A stretch of 64,000 nucleotides of DNA from a virus. Below, one piece after another: positions 27,955 through 38,171 of the stretch (the first letter of the stretch is position 1; each line of letters opens with the position of its first letter). The DNA lies in the IMG/VR virus record IMGVR_UViG_3300025617_000007, positions 64,001-128,000 of that record. The stretch is one strand, 5' to 3'. A program made the translations under genes and the position numbers. The notes below the pieces were generated by a model that made no database searches, had not been told where the DNA came from, and saw nothing but the letters and a program-made list of their open reading frames with translations.

Positions 27955-28333
27955 TACAAGTCCTGTATTAACAGACGAAAGAAAGAATTATTTGATTGAC
28001 ATTGATGGGACCATCACCGATGATGTACCCAACGAAGAACCTGAAAGAATGGTAACCTGTTTACCTTATAAAGGGTCCGTTGAGTTGATTAATGATTGGT
28101 ATAGTGAGGGTCACGTTATAACTTTTTTTACTTCAAGAACTGAAGAACATAGAAGAGTTACCGAAGAGTGGTTACAGAAACATGGATTCTTTTACCATAA
28201 TTTGTTAATGAACAAACCGAGAGGTGGAAATTATCATTGGATTGATAATCATATCGTAAGAGCAACACGATATAATGGTAAATGGACACCACTTACCGAA
28301 AAAGAAACTAAAATACAAGTATTTGACGATTAA
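27929..28333 (+). CDS. Small HAD-family phosphatase
   Basis: IDIDGTI, FFTSR, LLMNKP, WIDN. Confidence 0.75.
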   Translation: MDLVQLETNTSPVLTDERKNYLIDIDGTITDDVPNEEPERMVTCLPYKGSVELINDWYSEGHVITFFTSRTEEHRRVTEEWLQKHGFFYHNLLMNKPRGGNYHWIDNHIVRATRYNGKWTPLTEKETKIQVFDD

Positions 28334-30516
28334 TGATAACAATAGGATATAGCACAAAGAAAATAGACTCTGAATTTAGAGAGTATATCGAGAAATCATG
28401 TGGATTAAAAAACGTTGAGGTAATCCCATTTGAAAACCCTGGCACTCATTCATTGACCGAAGCATATAATATCATTCTTGAGAAATCGAGCAATGATATT
28501 GTTGTTTTATGTCATGATGACATCTACTTCGAGAAAAATAATTGGGGTAACAAAATATTAAAACATTTTAAAAGAAATCCTGAATACGGTATTATTGGTG
28601 CTGCTGGTTCCAAATATATGCCGAGAACGGGGATGTGGTGGGAAGTTCAATCCGAAATGATTGGTATTGTTAATCACGAACACGAAGGTAAAAAATGGAC
28701 ATCAAAATATAGTGAATCCAAAGGAAATAAATTAGACGATACTGTAATTGTTGACGGTCTTTTTATGGTGGTTAATAAACCAAATCTAAAGGTAAATTTT
28801 AATGAAGATGTTAAAGGGTTTCACTTTTACGAAGTAGATTTTTGTTTTAGGAACTTTTTAGAAGGTGTTAGAGTAGGTGTTTTTTATGACGTTAGGATTA
28901 CTCATAAATCTATCGGTATGACTAATGAACAGTGGGAGAAAAACCGGCAACAATTTGCTAAAACTTATAAAGATAATCTTCCTGTTTTATTACCCACATC
29001 ATTTACAAAAAAAGATGTTAAAAAGAATGAGCCATTAGTAACATTAGCAATGCCAATTTACAATTACGCAAAAAGATTAAACCCAACCCTACATTCTGTT
29101 TTTAATCAAGATTACACCAATTTTGAAATTACATTGGTGAATGATGGTTCTGATGATGAATATTGCTTAATGAAGTTGGATTCTTTAAAAGACCATGACT
29201 CAATTCGAGTTATACATAAAGAAAATACAGGAGTGTCTGATACTCGTAACCGAGCGGTTAAAGAGGGTAAAGGGGAATATATTTTACCTCTTGATGCTGA
29301 TGATATGATATTGCCAGGTTATCTTAAAACCGCAGTAAACATTATTAAGAACAATCCAAAGATTAGTCCCGTATATTGTGATACAATACACATTGGTGAG
29401 ATGCAAGGATTGGAAAAAAGACCTGAGTGGAGTAAAGACCAGCTTATGAGAGGTCCTTTCATCGTCAATAGTTCAATGTACTCTCGTGAATCATATGAGT
29501 ATGTGGGTGGGTACGATACCACACTTCAAGGTTGGGAGGACTATGATTTTTGGATTAGAATGTCAAAAGAAGGATATGAAGGTAAACATATACCAAAAGG
29601 GTTATTTGTTTATTTCCATCATGAAAAAGATGGTTCAGTATCGACTAAAGCAAATGAAAATCAACAAAAACTATACTCTGCAATTATGAATAAAAACTTT
29701 AACACCAAAAATACTTATACTTTTAATAATAGAGTAATAACACCTGATAATACAATGAATTGGGGTGATTTAGTACCATTTAATATAATTGATAATATAT
29801 TTGAACATAATATTAAAAAAGAAGATGTTTTTAATGTTAAACAACCTAACGGTAACTATAACATATATTCAACTGGTAGTGTTATGTTATTCACAAAACC
29901 AAACAGTATTGTTTGGGGGACAGGATGTATCGATAAGGGGATGATAGGTCAAAAACCGTCCAAAGTTTACGCAGTTAGAGGACCTTTAACTCGTGAAGAA
30001 CTTATTAAAAAAGGTATTGAATGTCCTGAAGTATATGGTGACCCGGCATTATTATATCCTCGTTTCTATAATCCTAAAGTTGAGAAGAAATATAAGTGGG
30101 GAATCATACCACACTATATAGAGTTTGAATCGTCAAGAGATAGGGAAGTCCTTAAAAACTTAGAAGAACAAGGAGTTAGAATCATTGATATCTGTTCAGG
30201 AGAAAAAGAGTTTATTAATGAGTTATTAGAAGTTGAAAATGTTCTATCATCTAGTCTACATGGATTAATAATGGCCGACGCGTACGGGATACCGAATGCG
30301 AGAGTTAACATATCAAATAAACTAATTGGTGGACATTTTAAATTTAAAGATTACTATTTATCTATTAATAGAAAAATAGATTTAGGTCTACAATTAAGTA
30401 AACACACTAAAATTAAAGATATTGAAAAACTATATTTTAATACCTCAATTGACTTTGATGGTGATAAATTAATTAACTCGTCCCCTTGGACTCAAAAAAA
30501 AATAACTTATGTATAA
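28333..30516 (+). CDS. Tri-domain glycan enzyme: GT-A + GT2 + polysaccharide pyruvyltransferase
   Basis: Domain 1 LCHDD/VDGLF; domain 2 VNDGS...LDADD...EDYDFW; domain 3 NWGD...GSV...VWGTG...AVRGPLT...GDPA...SSSLHGLIMADAYGIP. Confidence 0.8.
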   Translation: MITIGYSTKKIDSEFREYIEKSCGLKNVEVIPFENPGTHSLTEAYNIILEKSSNDIVVLCHDDIYFEKNNWGNKILKHFKRNPEYGIIGAAGSKYMPRTGMWWEVQSEMIGIVNHEHEGKKWTSKYSESKGNKLDDTVIVDGLFMVVNKPNLKVNFNEDVKGFHFYEVDFCFRNFLEGVRVGVFYDVRITHKSIGMTNEQWEKNRQQFAKTYKDNLPVLLPTSFTKKDVKKNEPLVTLAMPIYNYAKRLNPTLHSVFNQDYTNFEITLVNDGSDDEYCLMKLDSLKDHDSIRVIHKENTGVSDTRNRAVKEGKGEYILPLDADDMILPGYLKTAVNIIKNNPKISPVYCDTIHIGEMQGLEKRPEWSKDQLMRGPFIVNSSMYSRESYEYVGGYDTTLQGWEDYDFWIRMSKEGYEGKHIPKGLFVYFHHEKDGSVSTKANENQQKLYSAIMNKNFNTKNTYTFNNRVITPDNTMNWGDLVPFNIIDNIFEHNIKKEDVFNVKQPNGNYNIYSTGSVMLFTKPNSIVWGTGCIDKGMIGQKPSKVYAVRGPLTREELIKKGIECPEVYGDPALLYPRFYNPKVEKKYKWGIIPHYIEFESSRDREVLKNLEEQGVRIIDICSGEKEFINELLEVENVLSSSLHGLIMADAYGIPNARVNISNKLIGGHFKFKDYYLSINRKIDLGLQLSKHTKIKDIEKLYFNTSIDFDGDKLINSSPWTQKKITYV

Positions 30517-31366
30517 TTTTAATTACCTCTTAAACAAGATAAAAAACTCTGAGTTCATTAAAGAACCTTTTGAACATTTGGATATTCGAAACTTTTTAAG
30601 TGACGAACACTTATCCATTTTAAAAAATAATAAACAAATACATTTTGAAGAGTGCTCTACTCAAGAGCAATTAAGGTCTAACCTAAACAGTAATGGGTTT
30701 ACTCCGACACCATTTCCTGGATGTACAACAAATGAAAACTTATATTTTTCACTACTTAAAGAAAATAAATTAAATCAAATACAAACTGAAGGGGATTCAG
30801 AAGGTGTCGGTATAGCATATGTTTTGAATAAGGTCAATGATGAATTTGTAAAATCTCTATTGAGATTTTTAAATGGTGAAGAGTTTCACAATACACTTAA
30901 AGAAAAGTTTAATATCACCGAACAGACTAGGGTAACCACGAAAATTCAAAAATATTTAACAGGTTATGAAATATCTCCACATCCTGATATTCGACAAAAA
31001 TCTTTAACATATCTATTAAATATCAATAAAGACAATCATAGTGAAAATGACCAAATACATACCGATTTATTATCATTAAAAGAAGATTATAAATTTATTT
31101 ATGATTATTGGGAGAAAAACCCAAGAGAAAATCGTGCATGGGTATCATGGAAATGGTGTGATATAAAAAAGACTATGAGGGAAAATAATAGTATTGTAAT
31201 TTTCAAACCTTCTAACTATTCGTTACACGCTATCAAGTTAAACTATGACCATAAGAAATATCAGAGAACACAAATATATGGTAACCTTATGTTTACTAAA
31301 CCAAAACAATATACACCACAAAAGATTGATAAATTTATTAAGATGATTAATGAAAGTAAAAAATAA
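30509..31366 (+). CDS. 2-oxoglutarate/Fe(II)-dependent oxygenase
   Basis: ISPHPD (HxD), LTYLLNIN, distal SLHAI and a C-terminal Arg (QRT). Confidence 0.65.
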   Translation: MYNFNYLLNKIKNSEFIKEPFEHLDIRNFLSDEHLSILKNNKQIHFEECSTQEQLRSNLNSNGFTPTPFPGCTTNENLYFSLLKENKLNQIQTEGDSEGVGIAYVLNKVNDEFVKSLLRFLNGEEFHNTLKEKFNITEQTRVTTKIQKYLTGYEISPHPDIRQKSLTYLLNINKDNHSENDQIHTDLLSLKEDYKFIYDYWEKNPRENRAWVSWKWCDIKKTMRENNSIVIFKPSNYSLHAIKLNYDHKKYQRTQIYGNLMFTKPKQYTPQKIDKFIKMINESKK

Positions 31367-31943
31367 ACACATATATTTAATACACATAAATAAATGTGGA
31401 GGTACGTCAATGAAAGGTATTATGTCCAATAAAGACAATGTTACAATACCTAAAAATGATGATATTATTGAACTTAAGAAAAAAGATAAGTGGAAAAACT
31501 CAATTAAAGTTACAATAACACGTAATCCTTATCATCGGATACTTTCATTACATTCAATGTTAATAAGAGATGGAGTTGGAATCACTTTACAGGAGGTTAT
31601 TGATATAATTACTGATGATAGTATTAAATATAAAGTTAAAAATGGTGGACTAAATAAAGGAACTAAACAACATGTCAAAAGACACGGTTTACCAATGACT
31701 CACAAGCATTATGGTGTGGTTAATGAAGACTTGTCCTTGGATGTTGATTATGTATTTAAACTTGAGGAATTACATGACAAGTGGGATGAGTTTAAGGAAT
31801 TAACTGATATTCATTCAGAAATAGTGATACGTAATAAGTCAAATAACAAAAACGATATTACTATATTCAGTGGAGAACAAATTAAAAAAATTAACGAACA
31901 CTATTATAATGATTTTATTTGTTTTAAATATGAAATGATATGA
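31350..31943 (+). CDS. Carbohydrate sulfotransferase (Sulfotransfer_2-like)
   Basis: 5'-PSB loop HINKCGGTS and 3'-PB RNPYHRILS. Confidence 0.8.
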   Translation: MKVKNKHIYLIHINKCGGTSMKGIMSNKDNVTIPKNDDIIELKKKDKWKNSIKVTITRNPYHRILSLHSMLIRDGVGITLQEVIDIITDDSIKYKVKNGGLNKGTKQHVKRHGLPMTHKHYGVVNEDLSLDVDYVFKLEELHDKWDEFKELTDIHSEIVIRNKSNNKNDITIFSGEQIKKINEHYYNDFICFKYEMI

Positions 31944-32836
31944 GATTAATAACAGGGAACGGATTAGTTGGGTCAGCATTAGATGGTGACGTTAAAATAT
32001 CGTCAGGGCATTTTGATTTAAGAAATACGGAGAGCGTTAAGTCAATGTTTAAATTTTATCAACCAACAGAGGTAATCCACACAGCAGCAAAAGTAGGTGG
32101 ATTGGGTTCAAACATGAAATATAAAGGAGAATACTTTTATGATAACATAATGATGAATACAAATGTCATCGAACAATCAAGACAATCGGGTGTTAAAAAA
32201 TTGGTGTCATTTTTATCCACATGTGTATTTCCTGATGATGTTGAATATCCCTTAACTGAAAAGAAAATACATTTAGGTGAACCTCACTTTTCAAACAACG
32301 CATATGCATATGCGAAAAGAATGGTAGATGTCCAAATCAGGGCATATCGAGAACAATATGGTTTAGAATATAAATCAGTTATACCAACAAACATATATGG
32401 ACCAAACGATAACTTTTCACTAACTCACGGACATGTCATGCCAATGTTAATACATAAAATGTATTTAGCTCAAAAAAACAACACCCCTTTTGAAGTTTGG
32501 GGTTCAGGTAAACCACTTAGAGAGTTTATTTATTCTAAAGATGTTGCAAAACTTACCGAATGGGTTATGAATAATTACGATGAAGATGAACCAATCATAC
32601 TATCCACTTCTCAAGAAATATCAATACGAGATTTAGTTGATTTATTAGTTCAAGAGTTTAACTTTAAAGGCGAAGTAATTTTTGATGGGTCAAAGCCTGA
32701 TGGTCAATTTAGAAAACCATCAGATAACTCAAAAATCAAAAACTACTTACCTGACTTTAAATTCACACCAATAGAGGAAGGTATAAAGGAAACGGTAAAT
32801 TGGTTTATTGAAAATTATGAAACAACAAGAAAATAA
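31940..32836 (+). CDS. fcl: GDP-L-fucose synthase
   Basis: HTAAKVGG, FLSTCVFP, YAYAK (YxxxK), PTNIYGPNDNF, WGSGKPLREF. Confidence 0.9.
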   Translation: MRLITGNGLVGSALDGDVKISSGHFDLRNTESVKSMFKFYQPTEVIHTAAKVGGLGSNMKYKGEYFYDNIMMNTNVIEQSRQSGVKKLVSFLSTCVFPDDVEYPLTEKKIHLGEPHFSNNAYAYAKRMVDVQIRAYREQYGLEYKSVIPTNIYGPNDNFSLTHGHVMPMLIHKMYLAQKNNTPFEVWGSGKPLREFIYSKDVAKLTEWVMNNYDEDEPIILSTSQEISIRDLVDLLVQEFNFKGEVIFDGSKPDGQFRKPSDNSKIKNYLPDFKFTPIEEGIKETVNWFIENYETTRK

Positions 32837-33815
32837 AGTTGCACTAATTACAGGTATTAACGGACAGGACGGTTCATATTTAACAGAATTTTTATTAGAA
32901 AAAGGATATGAAGTTTGGGGGACGATAAAAAGAAATTCTGTTTCTGAGAACCAAACAAATCGATTAGGTGAGACCTACTATAAAATTAAAGATAATTTGG
33001 AGTATGTGGATATGACCGACTTATCTTCACTTCTCAGGATTATTCAAAAATGTAAACCTAATGAGATATACAATCTAGCTGCACAATCACACGTAAGAAT
33101 ATCTTTTGACCAACCAATATATACCGCAAACGTCACAGGTATGGGTTCGTTGAATCTATTGGAGGCAGTTAAATTAATCGACCCAACCATTAAAATATAT
33201 CAAGCATCATCTTCTGAAATGTTTGGTAATAATATAGATGAGGACGGATATCAGCGAGAGACGACACCGATGGACCCAGTATCCCCATATGGATGTTCTA
33301 AGGTGTTTGCATATAACATTAGTAGAAATTATCGTAATTCATACGGTATGTTTATTTCAAACGGAATATTATTTAATCACGAATCCCCAAGACGAGGTAG
33401 TAACTTTGTAACTAATAAAGTTGTTAAAACTGCTGTGGAGATTAAGAAGGGTTTAAGGGACGATTTAGTATTAGGTAATATGGAAGCAACTAGAGACTGG
33501 GGACATGCTAAAGACTATGTTGAGGCTATGTGGTTAATTCTACAACAAGATGAACCTGACGATTACGTATGTTCTACAGGAATCTCACATTCAGTAAAAG
33601 ATTTAGTTACTTATGTTTTTAATAAGTTACATTTAGATATAGATAAACATGTTAAAACAAATAACAAATACTTTAGACCTGAAGAGTTAAAAGACTTAAA
33701 AGGTGATAGTAGTAAATTAAGGAGTAAAACAGGATGGGTACCTAACTATACTTTTGAGAGTATGTTAGATGAAATGATAGATTATTGGATGAAAAAATTG
33801 CCAAGCTTAATTTAA
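32808..33815 (+). CDS. gmd: GDP-mannose 4,6-dehydratase
   Basis: ALITGINGQDGSYL, YNLAAQSHV, YQASSSEMFG, NHESPRRG, RDWGHAKDYV. Confidence 0.95.
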   Translation: MKIMKQQENKVALITGINGQDGSYLTEFLLEKGYEVWGTIKRNSVSENQTNRLGETYYKIKDNLEYVDMTDLSSLLRIIQKCKPNEIYNLAAQSHVRISFDQPIYTANVTGMGSLNLLEAVKLIDPTIKIYQASSSEMFGNNIDEDGYQRETTPMDPVSPYGCSKVFAYNISRNYRNSYGMFISNGILFNHESPRRGSNFVTNKVVKTAVEIKKGLRDDLVLGNMEATRDWGHAKDYVEAMWLILQQDEPDDYVCSTGISHSVKDLVTYVFNKLHLDIDKHVKTNNKYFRPEELKDLKGDSSKLRSKTGWVPNYTFESMLDEMIDYWMKKLPSLI

Positions 33816-33828
33816 ATAAAAAAAATAC

Positions 33829-34545
33829 ATGACAAATAGAACCAAAAAAACAGAAAATAAAGGTAGTAATATGCCTCGTAAAGATTTAATAAACTCAATT
33901 ATTGGTAAAAAACCAAGAAAGAAGTTTTTATCTGAAAGTCAAAAGGAATATTACGATGTCTTAACTAAAAGTGAAATTACGGTATGTACAGGACCTGCAG
34001 GTGTTGGTAAATCGTTTATCGCAATGAAAGCGGCGGTAGAATTACTAATGGACCCTAAGAATTCTTATGAGAAGATTATTATTGTAAGACCAGCGGTAGA
34101 AGCTGAAGAAAAACTTGGTTCACTACCAGGTAACTTGGAGGAAAAATTAGACCCTTATATTTTTCCATCATATTACTTATTAAATAAAATTATAGGTAAA
34201 GAGGCAAGAGAGAAATTAAAAGAAAACGATATTATTGAAGTATTTGCATTGGCATACATGAGAGGTATGAATATCGACAACTCTATATTAATTTTTGAAG
34301 AAGCTCAAAACTCGACACCGTCACAGATGAAACTTCTATTGACAAGAATTGGGTTTAATAGTAAGTTTTTTATATCAGGAGATATTGAACAAACTGATAG
34401 GTACAAAGATAAAACACAATCAGGTCTTTACGATGCGGTTCACAGGTTTCAACAATTAGATGGTGTTGGAACATATTCATTCAATACCGATGACGTAATA
34501 CGAAATCCTTTGATTAGTAAAATATTAAAAAGATACGAAGAATGA
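33829..34545 (+). CDS. phoH: PhoH-family ATPase
   Basis: GPAGVGKS, RPAVEA, LAYMRG, EEAQN, GDIEQTD. Confidence 0.92.
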   Translation: MTNRTKKTENKGSNMPRKDLINSIIGKKPRKKFLSESQKEYYDVLTKSEITVCTGPAGVGKSFIAMKAAVELLMDPKNSYEKIIIVRPAVEAEEKLGSLPGNLEEKLDPYIFPSYYLLNKIIGKEAREKLKENDIIEVFALAYMRGMNIDNSILIFEEAQNSTPSQMKLLLTRIGFNSKFFISGDIEQTDRYKDKTQSGLYDAVHRFQQLDGVGTYSFNTDDVIRNPLISKILKRYEE

Positions 34546-35195
34546 GAATAGCATTTGACATAAATGGAGTTTTAAGAGACACTTTTTTAAAGGCGGAACA
34601 ACTATATCAAAAATTCTATATTGACGAGTTTGAGGAAGAAAAAACCTCATCTTTTAATGAAGATACTGAGGAGTTTACCGAAGAAGTTATGGTGGACGAT
34701 TTTACTTATGAATTAAATCTACCCGTAAAATCTTTAGACAATTTAGAGGATTATTTTAAGTTTAAAACTAAAGACGATTTATTTAACTTTTTTTATGTGG
34801 ATTTCCCTATGCAAATTTTTGGTCATTCCCCATCAATGTCGGTATCAACCTTTAATGTGTTAAATGAAATTTATGAAGAATTAAGGAATGAACACGAAAT
34901 TTTGATTGTTTCGGACGAAATACAAAAATCAAAACCCGCGTCATTATTTTTCCTTTCAAAATACGGATGTTTGGTTGAAAAGATTTTATTTTACTCAAAT
35001 ATAACATTAGATAATATGTGGGATGAAGTAGATGTATTAATTACTGCAAATCCCAACCACATATTAAACAGACCAAAAGATAAAATAACTATAAAATATA
35101 AAACCACATATAATGAAAATATTGAGTCAGAGTATGAAATATCAGATATCTCGGAAATAAGAGAATTATATGAAAAATTAAAGATAGCGAAATGA
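34542..35195 (+). CDS. HAD-like 5'(3')-nucleotidase-type protein
   Basis: N-terminal IAFDINGVLRD. Confidence 0.55.
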   Translation: MRIAFDINGVLRDTFLKAEQLYQKFYIDEFEEEKTSSFNEDTEEFTEEVMVDDFTYELNLPVKSLDNLEDYFKFKTKDDLFNFFYVDFPMQIFGHSPSMSVSTFNVLNEIYEELRNEHEILIVSDEIQKSKPASLFFLSKYGCLVEKILFYSNITLDNMWDEVDVLITANPNHILNRPKDKITIKYKTTYNENIESEYEISDISEIRELYEKLKIAK

Positions 35196-35500
35196 TAGAA
35201 TTATTAGGAGAAAATTATTATGTTGACTTTACTGAGTTGGAAGAGAATATTAATATCCCGAAGACCGAAAAAGAAGTTAATCAAGAAGAAACAGAGGTTG
35301 ATGTGGAACTTCAAGGTGACGACACTCAACATATTAGTATTGTAAAATACGAAACAATAAAAATGATGTTAGAGGTAGTTTTAACAGAAAGAGAAGAATT
35401 AGATGAAAATTTAGGAGTATATAATACTAAAAATTTAAGCCTTCCCTTTAAGATAGCTTTTAATACATTATTAAAACATGGTATAATAAAACACTTATAG
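35192..35500 (+). CDS. Hypothetical protein
   Basis: Overlapping-codon coupling within the operon. Confidence 0.55.
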   Translation: MIELLGENYYVDFTELEENINIPKTEKEVNQEETEVDVELQGDDTQHISIVKYETIKMMLEVVLTEREELDENLGVYNTKNLSLPFKIAFNTLLKHGIIKHL

Positions 35501-35503
35501 AAT

Positions 35504-36568
35504 ATGGATACACAATTATTACAAAAAGTTGAACAATCAGTTAAGAATTTAGAGGATAAGTCGGTAAGACTTTATTTTTTAGTTCAAGACACTAAGGGTA
35601 ATGCCCGAGCAAGTGTTAGACACACATACGATATGGCTCTAACACTGAAAAATAACGGATTTAATCCGATTATTATTCACGAAAATAAAGAATATACAGG
35701 AGTTTCTGAATGGTTAGGTGAAAAATATATGGAATTACCTCACGAATCGATTGATGGTGAAAACTTAAAAATATCACCTGAAGATTTTATTTTTGTACCT
35801 GAAATTTACGGACATGTATTGGAGCAAGTTTCTAATTTACCTTGTGGTAAAGTAGTTATTTGTCAAGCATATGACCATATGTTGGAAACTTTACAACCTG
35901 GTACTTCATGGTCCCAATATGGATTTTTAAAGGCTATCACGACAAATCAGAATCAAGTAGATTACATTAAAGGAATTATGAAAAATGTAACTATCGATAA
36001 AATCGAACCTTTTATTCCTGAGATTTTTACAGAAAAAGATAAACCATCGAAACCAATTATCTCGATTCATACTCGCGAACAAAGAGATACTATGAAAATT
36101 ATTAAAACTTTCTACTTAAAGTATCCTCAGTTTAGGTGGGTTACTTTCCGTGACATGAGAGGTTTGAACCAAGAAGAATTTTCTAAGTACTTAAAAGATT
36201 CTTTTGTTTCTGTTTGGGTTGACGATACTTCAGGTTTTGGGACATTTCCTATTGAGTCTATGGCTAGTAGAACACCCGTTATCGGTAAAGTCCCGAATAT
36301 GAAACCTGAGTGGATGCAAGACGATAATGGTGTGTGGACATATGAACTAAACCAAATGCCTGATATAATTGCAGAATTTACTCAGAATTGGTTAGAAGAT
36401 AATATCTCTTCAGGTCTTTATCAATCAGGTTTAGAAACATCTTCTAAATATCAAAATAGAGGCGAGTTCGAAAGTAATGTTGTATCGACATTTGAAAATT
36501 ACTTAAACGTTAGAAAACAATCGTTTGAGTCACAATTAGATAAACTTAAAGTAGTAGAAGAAAAATAA
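35504..36568 (+). CDS. Glycosyltransferase, GT-B fold
   Basis: C-terminal 'SGFGTFPIESMASRTPVIG' nucleotide-sugar-binding motif. Confidence 0.7.
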   Translation: MDTQLLQKVEQSVKNLEDKSVRLYFLVQDTKGNARASVRHTYDMALTLKNNGFNPIIIHENKEYTGVSEWLGEKYMELPHESIDGENLKISPEDFIFVPEIYGHVLEQVSNLPCGKVVICQAYDHMLETLQPGTSWSQYGFLKAITTNQNQVDYIKGIMKNVTIDKIEPFIPEIFTEKDKPSKPIISIHTREQRDTMKIIKTFYLKYPQFRWVTFRDMRGLNQEEFSKYLKDSFVSVWVDDTSGFGTFPIESMASRTPVIGKVPNMKPEWMQDDNGVWTYELNQMPDIIAEFTQNWLEDNISSGLYQSGLETSSKYQNRGEFESNVVSTFENYLNVRKQSFESQLDKLKVVEEK

Positions 36569-36573
36569 GAATT

Positions 36574-37380
36574 ATGGAAGATAAATTAAATGTATCGGTT
36601 ATTTTACCGATTAACTCATCAAAAAACAAAAATTTTGAGACTTTTTTTGAAAGTTGTATCACTTCTATTCAAAACCAATCAACACCAATTAATGAAGTTG
36701 TAATAGTACATAGCGATGAAGAATCTTTAGTATCTATGTTAGATAACTATAATTTTAGTGGTCTAACAGTTAATAGAGTACTAAATAAAGGTGATGTTGA
36801 TTTCGCTACTCAAGTGAATTTGGGAGTTGAGAACGCAAAAAGTGATTGGATTTCAATTATTGAATTTGATGATGAATATGCCACTATATGGTTTAAAAAC
36901 GTTAAACGTTATATGGAGTCGTATCCTGAAATATCAGGTTTTTTACCGTTAGTTATTGATGTGGACGATAAAGGTGTTTTTGCAGGGTTCACCAATGAAG
37001 CAACCTTTGCCGCAAATATGAATACTGAAATTGGTTACTTAACTAATGAGGTGTTATTAAATTATCAAAACTTTCAAACTAGTGGTATTGTAATTAAAAA
37101 AGATACTTTTCAACAGTTTGGAGGTATTAAAAAATCTATGAAGCTAACATTCGTATATGAGTTCCTATTAAGATTAACATATAACTCAGTTGAGTTAATG
37201 ACAATCCCTCGAATAGGTTATAAACACATGAATATGAGAGAAGGTTCTATATTTTGGAACTACAAATTTGGAGAGAATAAGATAACTGAAGATGAGGTAG
37301 CTTTTTGGATTGACTCAGCAAAGAAAGAACACTTTTTTATTGAAAATAGGGACATAAATTATCAACCCGAAAATGTTTAA
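36574..37380 (+). CDS. Glycosyltransferase, GT-A (GT2-like)
   Basis: SVILP, 'FATQVNLGVENAKSDWISIIEFDDEY' (DxD-like). Confidence 0.7.
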   Translation: MEDKLNVSVILPINSSKNKNFETFFESCITSIQNQSTPINEVVIVHSDEESLVSMLDNYNFSGLTVNRVLNKGDVDFATQVNLGVENAKSDWISIIEFDDEYATIWFKNVKRYMESYPEISGFLPLVIDVDDKGVFAGFTNEATFAANMNTEIGYLTNEVLLNYQNFQTSGIVIKKDTFQQFGGIKKSMKLTFVYEFLLRLTYNSVELMTIPRIGYKHMNMREGSIFWNYKFGENKITEDEVAFWIDSAKKEHFFIENRDINYQPENV

Positions 37381-38141
37381 TGTTTTTAGAATCGTTAAGT
37401 GCTACTTCGACAAACTCTGAATCAGTAGAAAAGAAAAAAAGAGGTAGAAAACCGAAGTCAAATAATTATTTTGCAGAAAGAGAAGAAGGTGCGGTTAGAA
37501 TGTTTCTAACTGCATCTACTTTTAATGAAAAAAATCAAATATATAATGAGTATTTGCGTGCTCCGTTAGATAAAATGATAGAATCCATAATACGAAGATA
37601 TAAGTTATATCGTAAGGATATGGATTTTCGTGAGATACATCACGACACACATTCATTTCTTATAACTAAAGTTGAGAAGTTCAAACCTTCCAAAGGTAAA
37701 AAAGCGTACTCTTATTTTGGTACTATTTGTAAAAATTATTTAATGGGTCAAATCATTAAAGACCAAAAAGAACAAAATAGAAAAATATCATATGAAGATA
37801 TCACTACTAAGTTAGAAAGTAGACCTGATATGATTTACTATATTGAAAATGAAAAAATAGAACCTACAGAAATCATTTCACAGTTTATTAAAGAATTAGA
37901 AGATTTTATTGAGAATAGTAATTTAAATAATAATGAGTTAAAGTTAGGATACGCTTTAGCTGAGTTATTTGAAAATTATAATGAGATATTCATAGGTACT
38001 GATAATAATAAATTCAATAAAAATATCATACTTCTATCTTTAAGAGAAATGACAAATATGACTACCAAAGAGATTAGAACGTCTATGAGGAAATTTAAAA
38101 AGTTGTATTACGAACTCACGAACAAATTAAACAATTTATAA
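37380..38141 (+). CDS. Phage RNA polymerase sigma factor (probable late sigma, gp55 analogue)
   Basis: Sigma region-2 pattern 'LITKVEKFKPSKGKKAYSYFGTICKNYL'. Confidence 0.7.
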   Translation: MFLESLSATSTNSESVEKKKRGRKPKSNNYFAEREEGAVRMFLTASTFNEKNQIYNEYLRAPLDKMIESIIRRYKLYRKDMDFREIHHDTHSFLITKVEKFKPSKGKKAYSYFGTICKNYLMGQIIKDQKEQNRKISYEDITTKLESRPDMIYYIENEKIEPTEIISQFIKELEDFIENSNLNNNELKLGYALAELFENYNEIFIGTDNNKFNKNIILLSLREMTNMTTKEIRTSMRKFKKLYYELTNKLNNL

Positions 38142-38171
38142 AAAAATTAGTCAGTAAATATTTATAATATT

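Noticed and set aside
25439-37380. Glycan cluster as a host-derived capsule/LPS island or contamination
   Set aside because: It is interleaved with phage-type genes (dUTPase, exonuclease, PhoH, sigma), is translationally coupled, and lacks wzx/wzy/ABC export genes.
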